Shown in pieces: positions 36,557 through 46,731 of a stretch of DNA of 62,216 bases. The notes beneath the pieces are model-generated. The model worked only from the letters and a program-made list of their open reading frames with translations. It was not told the DNA's origin and made no database searches. The translations under genes were made by a program, and so were the position numbers. Every line of letters begins with the position of its first letter. Positions within the stretch are counted from its first letter, which is position 1. Source of the stretch: Patescibacteria group bacterium (GTDB taxonomy: Bacteria > Patescibacteriota > Patescibacteriia > UBA1558 > S5-K13); assembly GCA_028692545.1 (NCBI GenBank), contig JAQUXC010000005.1, positions 1-62,216 of the forward strand. The letters run 5' to 3'.

Positions 36557-37009
36557 ATGATAAAAGATGTAATAATCAAAGAACTCACAAAATACAGTGA
36601 CCAAAGAGGTTGGCTCGCTGAAATATTTAGAGAAGATGAATCCAATTTAAAACCAGTTATGAGTTACATTTCTGTAACATTACCAAGTGTCTCTCGTGGC
36701 CCTCATGAACATTTAAAACAATCAGATTTTTTCGTATTTGTAGGACCTGGAACATTTAAAGTATATTTATGGGATAATAGAAAAGACAGCCCAACGTATG
36801 AAGAAAAGATGGAAATAGAAGTAGGCGAAGATAAACCTGCAACTATTATAGTTCCACCAGGAGTTGTACATGGTTATAAATGTATTTCCGATATTCCAGC
36901 ATGGTCAGTAAATTTACCAGACAAATTATATAAAGGTACAAATAAGACAGAAGAAGTAGACGAAGTAAGATGGGAACAAATAGAAGACTCACCATTTAAA
37001 ATAGAATAA
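36557..37009 (+). CDS. rfbC: dTDP-4-dehydrorhamnose 3,5-epimerase-like cupin
   Basis: DQRGWLAEIFRED..., RGPHEHLKQSDFFVFV.G.FKVYLWDNR, VPPGVVHGYK. Confidence 0.8.
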   Translation: MIKDVIIKELTKYSDQRGWLAEIFREDESNLKPVMSYISVTLPSVSRGPHEHLKQSDFFVFVGPGTFKVYLWDNRKDSPTYEEKMEIEVGEDKPATIIVPPGVVHGYKCISDIPAWSVNLPDKLYKGTNKTEEVDEVRWEQIEDSPFKIE

Positions 37010-37018
37010 TACAAAAAA

Positions 37019-37591
37019 ATGATAATAATAATTATAAAAGCAATATATATATTTGTACTAGCAACAGTTCTAGCAGCACTTGAAGTACAAATAGAAGCAG
37101 GAAATGGTTGGGCAAAAAATATTCCGACATGGCGCCCAGATCCAAAAAAATGGTACGCAAAAACATACAAAAAAATAATGAGCGGAAAAGAGTTAACTGG
37201 ATATCATTTATTTATGTTTACTTTTGTAGCTCTTATATTTCATTTACCATTTTTCTTTGGGGTTAATTGGAATATGGCAAAAGAATTAGATATATTATGT
37301 ATCTTCCTTATATTTGTTGTAATATGGGATTATTTATGGTTTATAATAAATCCACATTTTACAATAAAAAATTTCAAGGGTGATCATATTTTTTGGCATA
37401 GCAAATGGTTTTTAGGATTACCAACAGATTATTGGGGTGCAGCTCTAATTTCTCTTGTTCTTGCTTTTATAAATGATAAATTCTTTAATTCAACATATAT
37501 AAAGGAATGGTTTATATTTTCTATAACAATGCTAATACTTACAATTATTGAAAAATGGTTTATAAAAACATTTAAACCAGGATGGGAATAA
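37019..37591 (+). CDS. Hypothetical polytopic membrane protein
   Basis: 190-aa ORF with 4-5 TM segments. No family was recognised. Confidence 0.6.
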   Translation: MIIIIIKAIYIFVLATVLAALEVQIEAGNGWAKNIPTWRPDPKKWYAKTYKKIMSGKELTGYHLFMFTFVALIFHLPFFFGVNWNMAKELDILCIFLIFVVIWDYLWFIINPHFTIKNFKGDHIFWHSKWFLGLPTDYWGAALISLVLAFINDKFFNSTYIKEWFIFSITMLILTIIEKWFIKTFKPGWE

Positions 37592-37720
37592 ACAATTTTA
37601 AATTTTGATTGCTGAATTTTAAATAAATTTCATAATTCACTAATTAAATAATTTATTCATCATTCCATTCGGCCCGAGCTCATGGCCGAGGGCAAAATTC
37701 TTCATTAAATAATTAAAAAT

Positions 37721-38125
37721 ATGGACTGTGTATTCTGCAAAATTATAAAAGGAGAAATTCCATCATTAAAAATTTATGAAGATGATGATTGCTTGGCATT
37801 TCTAGATATAAATCCTATAAATGAGGGACATACTCTTGTTGTACCAAAAAAACATTATGATACATTCCTAAACACACCTATAGAAGAAATTGAAAAGTTA
37901 ATAAATGTAATATACAAAATAGCACCAAAGATAAAAAAATCTCTAAATGCAGATGCTTTTAATATTGGATTAAACAATGGAAAAGAGGCTGGACAAATCA
38001 TATTCCATACACATTTTCATATAATTCCTAGATTTAATGACGATAATTTGGCTAATTGGGAAAACAAAACTATGAATCAAGAAGAATTAGAAAATATATC
38101 AAAAAAAATTCAAAATAATATTTAA
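37721..38125 (+). CDS. HIT family protein (histidine triad nucleotide hydrolase/transferase)
   Basis: CVFCKII.GEIPS...D..PINEGHTLVVPKKH and the histidine triad HTHFHIIPR. Confidence 0.9.
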   Translation: MDCVFCKIIKGEIPSLKIYEDDDCLAFLDINPINEGHTLVVPKKHYDTFLNTPIEEIEKLINVIYKIAPKIKKSLNADAFNIGLNNGKEAGQIIFHTHFHIIPRFNDDNLANWENKTMNQEELENISKKIQNNI

Positions 38126-38128
38126 TTT

Positions 38129-38476
38129 ATGCTTAAATTAAAATCAAAACCAACTTTAAAAGAAATTCAAAAATATGTAGAAAAAATGGAAACTGAACGT
38201 GGTTTTGTAAAAGAACATGTTATACAAAAATGTCTTTTATTAGGCGAAGAAGTTGGAGAATTATTCAAAGCAGTTAGAAAACAAATTGGAATAAAAGTTG
38301 ACAAAAAATCTACGGAATACATGATAGAAAATGAATTAGCAGATGTGCTAATTTATTTATGTGAAATAGCAAATAGATATAATATTGATTTGGAAAAAGC
38401 ACTAAGAAGAAAAGAAGAAATAAATAAAAAAAGAGTGTGGGAAAAAACAACTAACAAAAAAATAACAATATATTAA
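38129..38476 (+). CDS. MazG-like nucleotide pyrophosphohydrolase
   Basis: LLLGEEVGELFKAVRK and ENELADVLIYLCEIANRYNIDLEKAL (EExxE/ExxD helices). Confidence 0.8.
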   Translation: MLKLKSKPTLKEIQKYVEKMETERGFVKEHVIQKCLLLGEEVGELFKAVRKQIGIKVDKKSTEYMIENELADVLIYLCEIANRYNIDLEKALRRKEEINKKRVWEKTTNKKITIY

Positions 38477-38493
38477 AAAATAATTTTAAAAAT

Positions 38494-39504
38494 ATGAAAA
38501 TATTTATAACAGGTGGTGCGGGTTTTATAGGTACGAACTTCATCTATTATATGATGAAAAAATACCCGGATTATAAAATAGTAAATTTTGATAAACTTAC
38601 TTATGCTGGAAATTTGAATAATTTAAAAAGCATAGAAAATAACCCAAATTATAAATTCATAAAAGGAGATATTGCAGAAGAAAATGATGTAAAAAATGCA
38701 ATGACTGGTTGTGATACTGTTGTACATTTTGCTGCAGAGAGTCATGTTGATAGATCAATTATGGATCCAGATACTTTTGTAAGAACAAACATACTTGGAA
38801 CAAATGTACTTCTTCGAATTGCAAAAGAGCTTAGAATTAATAGATTTCACCATGTTTCAACTGACGAAGTATTTGGGGCTTTGAAGCCAAATGATTCTAA
38901 ATTCAATGAAGATACCATCTATGACCCAAAAAGTCCTTATTCGGCATCAAAAGCGGCCTCAGATCACCTTGTAAGAGCATATTATCACACATTTGCACTT
39001 CCTATTACAATATCAAATTGTTCAAATAATTATGGCCCATATCAATTCCCTGAAAAATTTATTCCACTTTTTGCCACAAATTTAATAGAAGGAAAAAAAG
39101 TACCTGTGTACGGAGAAGGGTTAAATATTAGAGATTGGATTCATGTTGATGATCACTCTAGTGCTGTAGATTTGATTCTTCACAATGGAAAAATAGGAAG
39201 TACATATTGTATAGGAGCTGACTGCGAAAAAACAAATATTGATATTGTACATTTGATTTTGAAACATTTTGGAAAAGATGAAGAAATGATTGAATATGTT
39301 CAAGATAGATTGGGTCATGATTTTAGATATGCAATTGATTCTTCAAAAATTCAAAATGAATTGGGGTGGAAACCTCAAATTAGTTTTGAAGATGGATTAA
39401 AGCAAACTCTAAAATGGTATGAAGACAACGAGTATTGGTGGAGAGAAATAAAATCAGGTGATTATCAAAAGTATTACGAAAATCAGTATGTAAATAGAAA
39501 ATAA
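38494..39504 (+). CDS. rfbB: dTDP-glucose 4,6-dehydratase
   Basis: ITGGAGFIGTNF, VHFAAESHVDRS, YSASKAASDHLV, RDWIHVDDH. Confidence 0.95.
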   Translation: MKIFITGGAGFIGTNFIYYMMKKYPDYKIVNFDKLTYAGNLNNLKSIENNPNYKFIKGDIAEENDVKNAMTGCDTVVHFAAESHVDRSIMDPDTFVRTNILGTNVLLRIAKELRINRFHHVSTDEVFGALKPNDSKFNEDTIYDPKSPYSASKAASDHLVRAYYHTFALPITISNCSNNYGPYQFPEKFIPLFATNLIEGKKVPVYGEGLNIRDWIHVDDHSSAVDLILHNGKIGSTYCIGADCEKTNIDIVHLILKHFGKDEEMIEYVQDRLGHDFRYAIDSSKIQNELGWKPQISFEDGLKQTLKWYEDNEYWWREIKSGDYQKYYENQYVNRK

Positions 39505-39549
39505 ATAATTTTTAATTTATAATTCAAATTGTCACTAATCATATTTATC

Positions 39550-40179
39550 ATGTCTAATAAAAATATCATTGAGCAGTATTGGAATAAAGTATATAGCAAA
39601 CATCCTTCAAATCAGTTACCATGGTTTAATATAAAAATTCCAAAAATAATTATTGCAAACATTAATAAATTAGATAAAAATAAAAAATTACTTATTCCCG
39701 GATGCGGAACAGGGGAAACAGTAAAGTTTATTAAAAATTTAGGTTTTAATGATATAATTGGTACAGATATCTCAAGTACGGCTATTAAAATTGCTAAAAA
39801 ACAATTTTCTAATATAGTTTTTTATAAAATTGAAACAGAAAAACTTGATCAAAACAGATTTTTAAACTCAAATATTTTTGATTGGCTAAATCTTCATCAA
39901 ATTAGCCCAAAGAAATTGAATAAGTATTTATTGACTCTACAAAAAATTTCCAACTTCTTAATAATTACATATATATTTGAACCAGAGTTAGGTAAAGTCA
40001 GAAATTCATATATAACTGAGGCTAAAGTTTATAATCATGATCCAGAAAAAATTATAAAAATATTAAAAGGTTTGGCTTTAAAACATAGATTTAATTTTGT
40101 TTTTTCTATTAATAAAAAATTTGGAACAAAAAAACATAATGCCGAATGCTTAATATTTGAAAAGTGTATAAAATTTTAA
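39550..40179 (+). CDS. SAM-dependent methyltransferase (TPMT-like)
   Basis: LLIPGCGTGETVKFIKNLGFNDIIGTDIS (motif I). ATG 39550 is preferred over the TTG at 39529. Confidence 0.7.
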   Translation: MSNKNIIEQYWNKVYSKHPSNQLPWFNIKIPKIIIANINKLDKNKKLLIPGCGTGETVKFIKNLGFNDIIGTDISSTAIKIAKKQFSNIVFYKIETEKLDQNRFLNSNIFDWLNLHQISPKKLNKYLLTLQKISNFLIITYIFEPELGKVRNSYITEAKVYNHDPEKIIKILKGLALKHRFNFVFSINKKFGTKKHNAECLIFEKCIKF

Positions 40180-40220
40180 ATTTATTTATTTAATAAAAAA
40201 TAATTAATAATTACAAAAAT

Positions 40221-41057
40221 ATGAAAATACTCATAACCGGTGCAAAAGGAATGCTTGGAAAAGACATTTCTGAAATATTATCAAATCACGATCTAATTTT
40301 ACTAGACAAAGAAGAATTAGATTTGACTGACTTTACAAAAACTGAAGAAGAAATTACAAAATTACATCCAGAATTAATAATAAATTGTGCAGCTTTTACG
40401 GATGTAGATAAAGCAGAAGAAAGTCCTGAAATAGCAAATCTTATAAATGGAGAAGTTCCTGGAAATTTGGCAAAAATATGTAAAAAATTATCTATAATAC
40501 TTTTACAAATTAGCACTGAGTATGTTTTTGATGGAAAAGATATAAATGGATACAGCGAAGATGCAATTACAAGTGCAATAAATGAATATGGGAAGTCGAA
40601 AGCACTGGGAGAAAAATTAATACAAGAAAATTGTAAAATGTATTATATTGTAAGAAGTTCATGGCTTTATGGACACAACTTACAAAGAGGTAAAGAAAGA
40701 GGAATAAACTTTGTAGATAGAATTATAGAATTGGCGGGTGAAAGAGATGAATTAAATATGGTAAATGACCAATTTAGTAAACCTACTTTTACAAAGGATT
40801 TAGCAAATGGAATAAAAACCTTGATTGAAGAAAAATATCCATGCGGAATATATCATATGACAAATGAAGATGCTACAGTTCCTTATGAATTTGCAAATGA
40901 AATATTTAAAATTAAAGGAATAAATACAAAAACAAGCCCTATTAGTTATAGTGCATATCCATCAAAAGTTGAAAGACCAATAAATGCAATACTGGTAAAT
41001 ACAAAATTTCCAAAACTCAGAAGTTGGCATGAGGCAATAAAGGAATATTTAAAATAA
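40221..41057 (+). CDS. rfbD: dTDP-4-dehydrorhamnose reductase
   Basis: MKILITGAKGMLG, NCAAFTDVDKAE, YGKSKALGE, and about 280 aa. Confidence 0.9.
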   Translation: MKILITGAKGMLGKDISEILSNHDLILLDKEELDLTDFTKTEEEITKLHPELIINCAAFTDVDKAEESPEIANLINGEVPGNLAKICKKLSIILLQISTEYVFDGKDINGYSEDAITSAINEYGKSKALGEKLIQENCKMYYIVRSSWLYGHNLQRGKERGINFVDRIIELAGERDELNMVNDQFSKPTFTKDLANGIKTLIEEKYPCGIYHMTNEDATVPYEFANEIFKIKGINTKTSPISYSAYPSKVERPINAILVNTKFPKLRSWHEAIKEYLK

Positions 41058-41066
41058 AACAATTCA

Positions 41067-41115
41067 AAACACCACGTCCGACGTTAAAAACGTCGGACGT
41101 GGTGTTTTATTTTTC
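41067..41115 (+). terminator. Strong rho-independent terminator
   Basis: An 18-bp perfect stem, AACACCACGTCCGACGTT-aaa-AACGTCGGACGTGGTGTT, followed by TTATTTTT. Confidence 0.9.
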
Positions 41116-41176
41116 CACTTGCAAATTCAAAAAAATGTGTTAAGATACTTAATAATTTAAAAATAATATTAAATAT

Positions 41177-42136
41177 ATGAAAGGTGTTATTTTAGCAGGT
41201 GGAACTGGATCTAGATTATATCCTTTAACAAAAATAACAAATAAACATTTATTACCAGTTTACAACAAACCAATGATTCTTTATCCTATAGAATCACTTA
41301 TAAAGGCTGGTATAAAAGATATTATGATAATCTCTGGAAAAGGTCATGCTGGAGACTTTTTAGAGCTACTTGGTTCAGGGCAAAAATATGGAGCTCATTT
41401 TTCATATGCAATTCAAGAAGAAGCTGGTGGGATAGCACAAGCATTAGGGCTAGCAGAAAACTTTGTAGATAATGAAAAAGCTGTAGTATATCTTGGAGAT
41501 AATATCTTACAAGATGATATTACAGAAGCAGTAGAAGAATTTAAAAAAGTCACTCTTGGGGGAAGAATATTTCTAAAACAAGTAGACAATCCAAGTTCAT
41601 ATGGTGTAGCAAAAGTAGAAGATGAAAAAATAGTAGAAATTATAGAAAAACCACAAGAATTTATAAGTGATTTAGCTGTAATTGGTGTATATATGTATGA
41701 TAATCAAGTTTGGGATATTATAAAGACACTAAAACCTTCTGGAAGAGGTGAGCTTGAAATTACGGATGTAAATAATTTTTATATAAAACAAGGTACTATG
41801 AAATACAGTGTTTTAAAGGGTTGGTGGGGTGATTGCGGAGAATCTATTGACAGCTGGCTTGATGCCAATAATATGGTTGCAAATGATAAACCAATAGAAA
41901 AAAGCATAATATCAGAAGACCAAAAACAAAAAATTAGAGATATAACTGAAGAAATAATAAATGATACATTAAAAATAGTAAAAAATACAGCAAAAGAAGC
42001 TTCTGAAAAACCAAAAAAATCTGGTTACAAAAAAGCATATGAACCAGAAAATTTAACACTTGAAAATATAGTAAAAGATGATGATGAAGGGTACACTGGA
42101 GATACTTTTGATATAAATAATTATTATTCAAAATAA
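41177..42136 (+). CDS. rfbA: Glucose-1-phosphate thymidylyltransferase-like sugar nucleotidyltransferase with a C-terminal extension of about 80 aa rich in Lys, Glu and Asp
   Basis: MKGVILAGGTGSRLYPLTKITNKHLLPVYNKPMI and YLGDNI. The tail is ...KEASEKPKKSGYKKAYEPENL...DDDEGY. Confidence 0.85.
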   Translation: MKGVILAGGTGSRLYPLTKITNKHLLPVYNKPMILYPIESLIKAGIKDIMIISGKGHAGDFLELLGSGQKYGAHFSYAIQEEAGGIAQALGLAENFVDNEKAVVYLGDNILQDDITEAVEEFKKVTLGGRIFLKQVDNPSSYGVAKVEDEKIVEIIEKPQEFISDLAVIGVYMYDNQVWDIIKTLKPSGRGELEITDVNNFYIKQGTMKYSVLKGWWGDCGESIDSWLDANNMVANDKPIEKSIISEDQKQKIRDITEEIINDTLKIVKNTAKEASEKPKKSGYKKAYEPENLTLENIVKDDDEGYTGDTFDINNYYSK

Positions 42137-42137
42137 A

Positions 42138-43514
42138 TTATTGTATAGTTTCTTTTATAAGTCCTTCTGGGGTAATATGATACAAAATATTACCCTTTTT
42201 GTTTGCTAAAAATATATTCGAAGATTTTATAGAGCTTAAATCAAATACATTTTTTTTATCTCTATTATCCATTTCTATAACATATAGTTTATTATCTAGA
42301 CTATAAAATATGTGATTATTATTTCTATGCCAAAAAGCATCTAAAATTTTTGTACTAAACCTATTTACAATACTTTGTTCATTTGTTTCTAAATCATAAT
42401 AAGATATTTCATAATCATTTTTTAATAAAAGAATTCTATTATACAAATCCCAATCAACACTATTTATACCATAAAAAGTTTTTACAAGATATTTATCCAA
42501 ATTAGGATCTATTAAATATAAAATTTTCATATCAGTATCAAACAAACAAAAATAATCTCTATGTGGTAACAAAAATTCATAATTGTTTGTATTTTCAAAA
42601 CTAAATATTTTTTCATTTTGATTTTTATCTATATCAAATACATAAAAATTTGTAATTCCATTCTCTTGTGATGCATAAAATATTTTTGATTTCTCTGGTT
42701 TTACAGCTGAAACGTTTTTAATATTCATTAATTTCAAAACTTTTTTATCTATATTAAATGAATATAAATTTAAACTTGAATCGGTAATATACAACAAACT
42801 AGAATCAAATTTATCCCAAACACATTCTTTGATATCAAATTTTATATAATCACTCAATCTTAAAATAGGAGAATTTAAAAACGTAAATGAAACAAAATAT
42901 TCAGCATTTTGATTCAATGAACTATATTTCACAGGTAAAAAGTCTGTAGATTCATTTATTTTTAAAAGTATTTTTTGATTATCAGATGACCAAATATTTT
43001 TTTCAATATTTCCTATATTTCTTTCAACGGATATTATCTGATTATCAGAAATACTAAAAAAACTAAGCTCATCATTATCCTTATCATAAAATAAAAGTTT
43101 TTCTTTGTCTGGAGATATTGACAATTCTTCAAAACTTCCTGATTTCAAAATTTCTGATTCTGGTTTTTGTAAAAACAAAGATATATCTTCTATAAAAATA
43201 GACTCATCTGGTCTTACAAGAAATTGTTTCTCCCATGTTTGATAATCAGCTTTTGAAACTTTTATATCATACAAATCTGGATTTAAATGTGTAATTCTAG
43301 CAGGAGTTGAATTGCTGTAATTCTTACTATTTAATGTTATAGTGGCATCTTTTGGATATGATTTTATATACAAAATACTTGTTTTTTCAAATTTATGTTT
43401 TGAAAAACTATATTTATATCCCAATGCTAGAGATATTAAAAAAGTAGATACCAACAAAAAAATAAAAACTATTAAAACCAAATAAATTCTTCTGACCCAA
43501 ATATTTATTTTCAT
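42138..43514 (-). CDS. Membrane-anchored PEGA domain protein with a beta-propeller-like C-terminal region
   Basis: N-terminal TM segment, then the PEGA-like segment LYIKSYPKDATITLNSKNYSNSTPARITHLNPDLYDIKVSKADYQTWEKQFLV. Confidence 0.75.
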   Translation of the reverse strand: MKINIWVRRIYLVLIVFIFLLVSTFLISLALGYKYSFSKHKFEKTSILYIKSYPKDATITLNSKNYSNSTPARITHLNPDLYDIKVSKADYQTWEKQFLVRPDESIFIEDISLFLQKPESEILKSGSFEELSISPDKEKLLFYDKDNDELSFFSISDNQIISVERNIGNIEKNIWSSDNQKILLKINESTDFLPVKYSSLNQNAEYFVSFTFLNSPILRLSDYIKFDIKECVWDKFDSSLLYITDSSLNLYSFNIDKKVLKLMNIKNVSAVKPEKSKIFYASQENGITNFYVFDIDKNQNEKIFSFENTNNYEFLLPHRDYFCLFDTDMKILYLIDPNLDKYLVKTFYGINSVDWDLYNRILLLKNDYEISYYDLETNEQSIVNRFSTKILDAFWHRNNNHIFYSLDNKLYVIEMDNRDKKNVFDLSSIKSSNIFLANKKGNILYHITPEGLIKETIQ

Positions 43515-43597
43515 AATTTATATTAAAATATAAGCTATTGTGTATATTATCTTTTTCTAGTAAAATTATCAATAATAATTACTAATATAAATATAAT

Positions 43598-44854
43598 ATG
43601 TCCAAGTTTATTATTCAAGGCAATACTAAATTATCTGGCGAAATATCAGTAAAAGGAGCAAAAAATAATGCTCTAAAAATTATTCCGGCAATACTTCTTA
43701 CAAGCGATAAGGTTACAATACACAATGTACCAAATATAATAGATGTAAATTTATCACTCGATATATTAAAAAGTTTGGGTGCTGATATAAAAAAAATAGG
43801 CAATTCATCTTTTGAAATAGAAGCAAAAAATATAAATCCAAAAAATTTCAATCTGGATTTGGCAAAAAAAATCAGAGCATCTTTGATGTTTGTAGCTCCA
43901 CTTCTCCACAGATTCAAAGAAGTGAGTATTCCTCATCCTGGAGGTTGTGTAATAGGAAAAAGACCTATAGATTTTTTTATAGATTTTTTTCAAACTCTTG
44001 GGGTAGAAATAGTAGAAGACGGATTAAATTATAAATTTATAAATAATGGACTCAAAGGATCAAAATATATTTTCCCACAAATAAGTCATACTGGGACAGA
44101 AAGTTTGATACTCGCAGCAGTTCTTACTCCAGGAACAACAGAAATAGTAAATGCAGCATGTGAACCAGAAGTAGAAGCTTTGGCAGAATTTCTAAATAAT
44201 ATGGGTGCAAAAATTAATGGTGCAGGAACAAACAATATAATTATAACTGGAGTAAAAAAACTTCATGGAACAGAATTTACAATTATCCCAGATAGAATAG
44301 AAGCTGGCAGTTTCTTATGTATAGGTGTTGCCACAAAAAGTTTGATAAAAATAAAAAATTGTAATCCAAAACATTTAGAGGTGCCAATAAAATTATTACA
44401 AAAAATGGGGGTTGCTATGGAGATTGGAAAAAATTATATAAAAATATTAAAAGTCAATAAATTAAAATCAGAAAATATTACAACTCATGAATATCCAGGA
44501 CTTCCTACAGATTTACAAAGTTGTTTTACAATACTTCTTACTCAAGCGAATGGTATGAGCCTTGTTCATGAAACAATATATGAAAGTAGATTATTTTTTA
44601 CAGATTTACTTTCTAGAATGGGTGCCAGTATTGTACTTTGCGATCCACACAGAGCTGTAATAAATGGTCCTTCAAAATTATATGGTAAAAAAGTAGAAAG
44701 TCCAGATATAAGGGCGGGGCTTGCAATGCTTATAGCAGGGCTTATTGCGAATGGACAAACAGAAATAGATTATATAGAACAAATAGATAGAGGATATGAA
44801 AATATAGATAAGAGATTAAATAAATTAGGAGCAAAAATAAAAAGAATAAACTAA
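43598..44854 (+). CDS. murA: UDP-N-acetylglucosamine 1-carboxyvinyltransferase
   Basis: KFIIQGNTKLSGEISVKGAKNNALKI, the active-site segment PGGCVIGKRPIDFF, and DRGYENIDKRL. Confidence 0.95.
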   Translation: MSKFIIQGNTKLSGEISVKGAKNNALKIIPAILLTSDKVTIHNVPNIIDVNLSLDILKSLGADIKKIGNSSFEIEAKNINPKNFNLDLAKKIRASLMFVAPLLHRFKEVSIPHPGGCVIGKRPIDFFIDFFQTLGVEIVEDGLNYKFINNGLKGSKYIFPQISHTGTESLILAAVLTPGTTEIVNAACEPEVEALAEFLNNMGAKINGAGTNNIIITGVKKLHGTEFTIIPDRIEAGSFLCIGVATKSLIKIKNCNPKHLEVPIKLLQKMGVAMEIGKNYIKILKVNKLKSENITTHEYPGLPTDLQSCFTILLTQANGMSLVHETIYESRLFFTDLLSRMGASIVLCDPHRAVINGPSKLYGKKVESPDIRAGLAMLIAGLIANGQTEIDYIEQIDRGYENIDKRLNKLGAKIKRIN

Positions 44855-44889
44855 TCAAAATAAAAAATATTTTTTGATAAAATAAATTT

Positions 44890-46143
44890 ATGATAGAAGA
44901 TTTTTATTTATTAAATAAACAAAAAAAAGTTTTAGAAAAAAAGAAAACTATAAATATAATTATTATTATCTCAGTGATAATTATTAGCTTTTTTATTGGT
45001 GTTATAACTGGCGCTACAAATATTGAAAAAAACCCAAATGGAAATATAGGCAGATTGTTAAACAAAGATGCTGATAAATCAAATTATCTTTCAAAAGATG
45101 TAAATTTCAAACTTTTTTGGGAAGTCTGGGATCTTATAAGAGAAAAATATATAAACCAAGATATTACTGATTCAGAAATGTTCTATGGCGCTGAAGCTGG
45201 TCTTGTAGCATCACTAAAAGATCCTTATTCTGTATTTTTACCACCAGATGTATCAAGTGACTTCAATGATGAATTAGAGGGCAAATTTGAAGGCATAGGA
45301 GCTGAAATTGGAATTAAAAATGATAAATTAACAGTTGTAGCACCTCTTTCAGATAGTCCAGCAGAAAAGGCAGGGATAAAAGCAGGGGATATTATATTAA
45401 AAATAGATGATTTTGACACTACTGGAATTTCACTCAGCAAAGCTGTTTCTATGATAAGAGGGGATAAAGGCACTGAGGTTATATTAAAAGTTCTACACAA
45501 AAATAATGAAGAAGAAACTATCAAAATTAACCGAGATCAAATACATTATGAAAGTGTAAAATGGACTACAAGGGAAAATAATATAGGATACATACAAATC
45601 ACACATTTCAATCAAGATACAGAAAAACTATTTGATAATGCAGTAAATGAAGTATTAAATAAAAATGTAAATTCTATTATATTAGATCTTAGAAATAACC
45701 CTGGAGGATATTTATCAACAGCAATAAAAATTTCAAGTTATTGGATAGAGGATGGAGTAATAGTAAAAGAACAATCACAAAACAAAGAAAAGATGCAAAA
45801 CTATTCTGCAAGTGGGCAAGCAAAACTTAAAAACAAAAAAACTATAGTTTTGGTAAATGGAGGATCTGCATCTGCTTCTGAAATAGTCGCAGGAGCATTA
45901 CAAGATTACGAAATAGCTCAAATTGTAGGAGAAAAAACATTCGGAAAAGGAAGTGTCCAAGATCTTACACAATTAAGTGATGGATCTTCTGTAAAACTTA
46001 CAATAGCAAAATGGCTCACACCAAAAGATAGATCTATAAATGAAGAAGGAATTGAACCTGATATAACAATAGAATTGACTGCGGAAGACTATAATGCGGA
46101 TAGAGACCCACAAATGGACAAAGCAATAGAATTATTGAAATAG
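44890..46143 (+). CDS. ctpA: Carboxy-terminal processing protease (S41) with a PDZ domain
   Basis: GIGAEIG, SPAEKAGIKAGDIILKID (PDZ), LDLRNNPGGYL, GGSASASEIVAGALQD, TFGKGSVQ. Confidence 0.92.
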   Translation: MIEDFYLLNKQKKVLEKKKTINIIIIISVIIISFFIGVITGATNIEKNPNGNIGRLLNKDADKSNYLSKDVNFKLFWEVWDLIREKYINQDITDSEMFYGAEAGLVASLKDPYSVFLPPDVSSDFNDELEGKFEGIGAEIGIKNDKLTVVAPLSDSPAEKAGIKAGDIILKIDDFDTTGISLSKAVSMIRGDKGTEVILKVLHKNNEEETIKINRDQIHYESVKWTTRENNIGYIQITHFNQDTEKLFDNAVNEVLNKNVNSIILDLRNNPGGYLSTAIKISSYWIEDGVIVKEQSQNKEKMQNYSASGQAKLKNKKTIVLVNGGSASASEIVAGALQDYEIAQIVGEKTFGKGSVQDLTQLSDGSSVKLTIAKWLTPKDRSINEEGIEPDITIELTAEDYNADRDPQMDKAIELLK

Positions 46144-46234
46144 CGATCAGCTTTTAGCTGTTAGCTATTAGGATAAATACAGATAAATAATAAATCTGCT
46201 GAAAGCTTAATGCTGACAGCTAATAGCTAAATAT
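46144..46234. repeat. AGCT-rich imperfect palindromic element filling the ctpA-rplI spacer (same family as 13525-13596)
   Basis: The left arm GATCAGCTTTTAGCTGTTAGCTATT pairs with the right arm AATGCTGACAGCTAATAGCTAAA. The element ends 2 nt before the rplI ATG region. Confidence 0.7.
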
Positions 46235-46687
46235 ATGAAAGTAATATTTATAAAAGACCTAGATTCAAAAAATAAAAAAAATGACATAAAAGATGTATCA
46301 AGCGGTTATGCTATAAACTTTTTATTTCCTAAAAAATTTGCTATACCAGTTACACGAGAAAAATTAGAAGAAGTAAAATCAAAAAATATAAAAAATCAAA
46401 AAGAAAAAGATAAAGAAAAAGAAATTATAGAAAAACTCTCAAAAAAAATTCAATCTCTAAATATAATAATTGAAGAAAAGGCAAATGATGAAGGACACTT
46501 GTTTGGTAGTGTAGATAGCAATGAAATAAGTAAAATACTAAAAGAAAAACATAAGTTAGATATAGATAAAAATAAAATAGATTTACCTCACCATATAAAA
46601 AATATTGGTGAACACAAAATACCAATCAAATTATCAAATAATGAAACACCTTTTTTAAAAGTAACAATAAAAAATAAATCGAGCTGA
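46235..46687 (+). CDS. rplI: 50S ribosomal protein L9
   Basis: MKVIFIKDL....K.DIKDVSSGYAINFLFPKKFAIP. 150 aa, TGA stop. Confidence 0.9.
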   Translation: MKVIFIKDLDSKNKKNDIKDVSSGYAINFLFPKKFAIPVTREKLEEVKSKNIKNQKEKDKEKEIIEKLSKKIQSLNIIIEEKANDEGHLFGSVDSNEISKILKEKHKLDIDKNKIDLPHHIKNIGEHKIPIKLSNNETPFLKVTIKNKSS

Positions 46688-46731
46688 TCGAGTTTAACCC
46701 GACTAAGCTCAAAAACTTTAAAAAACATCCT

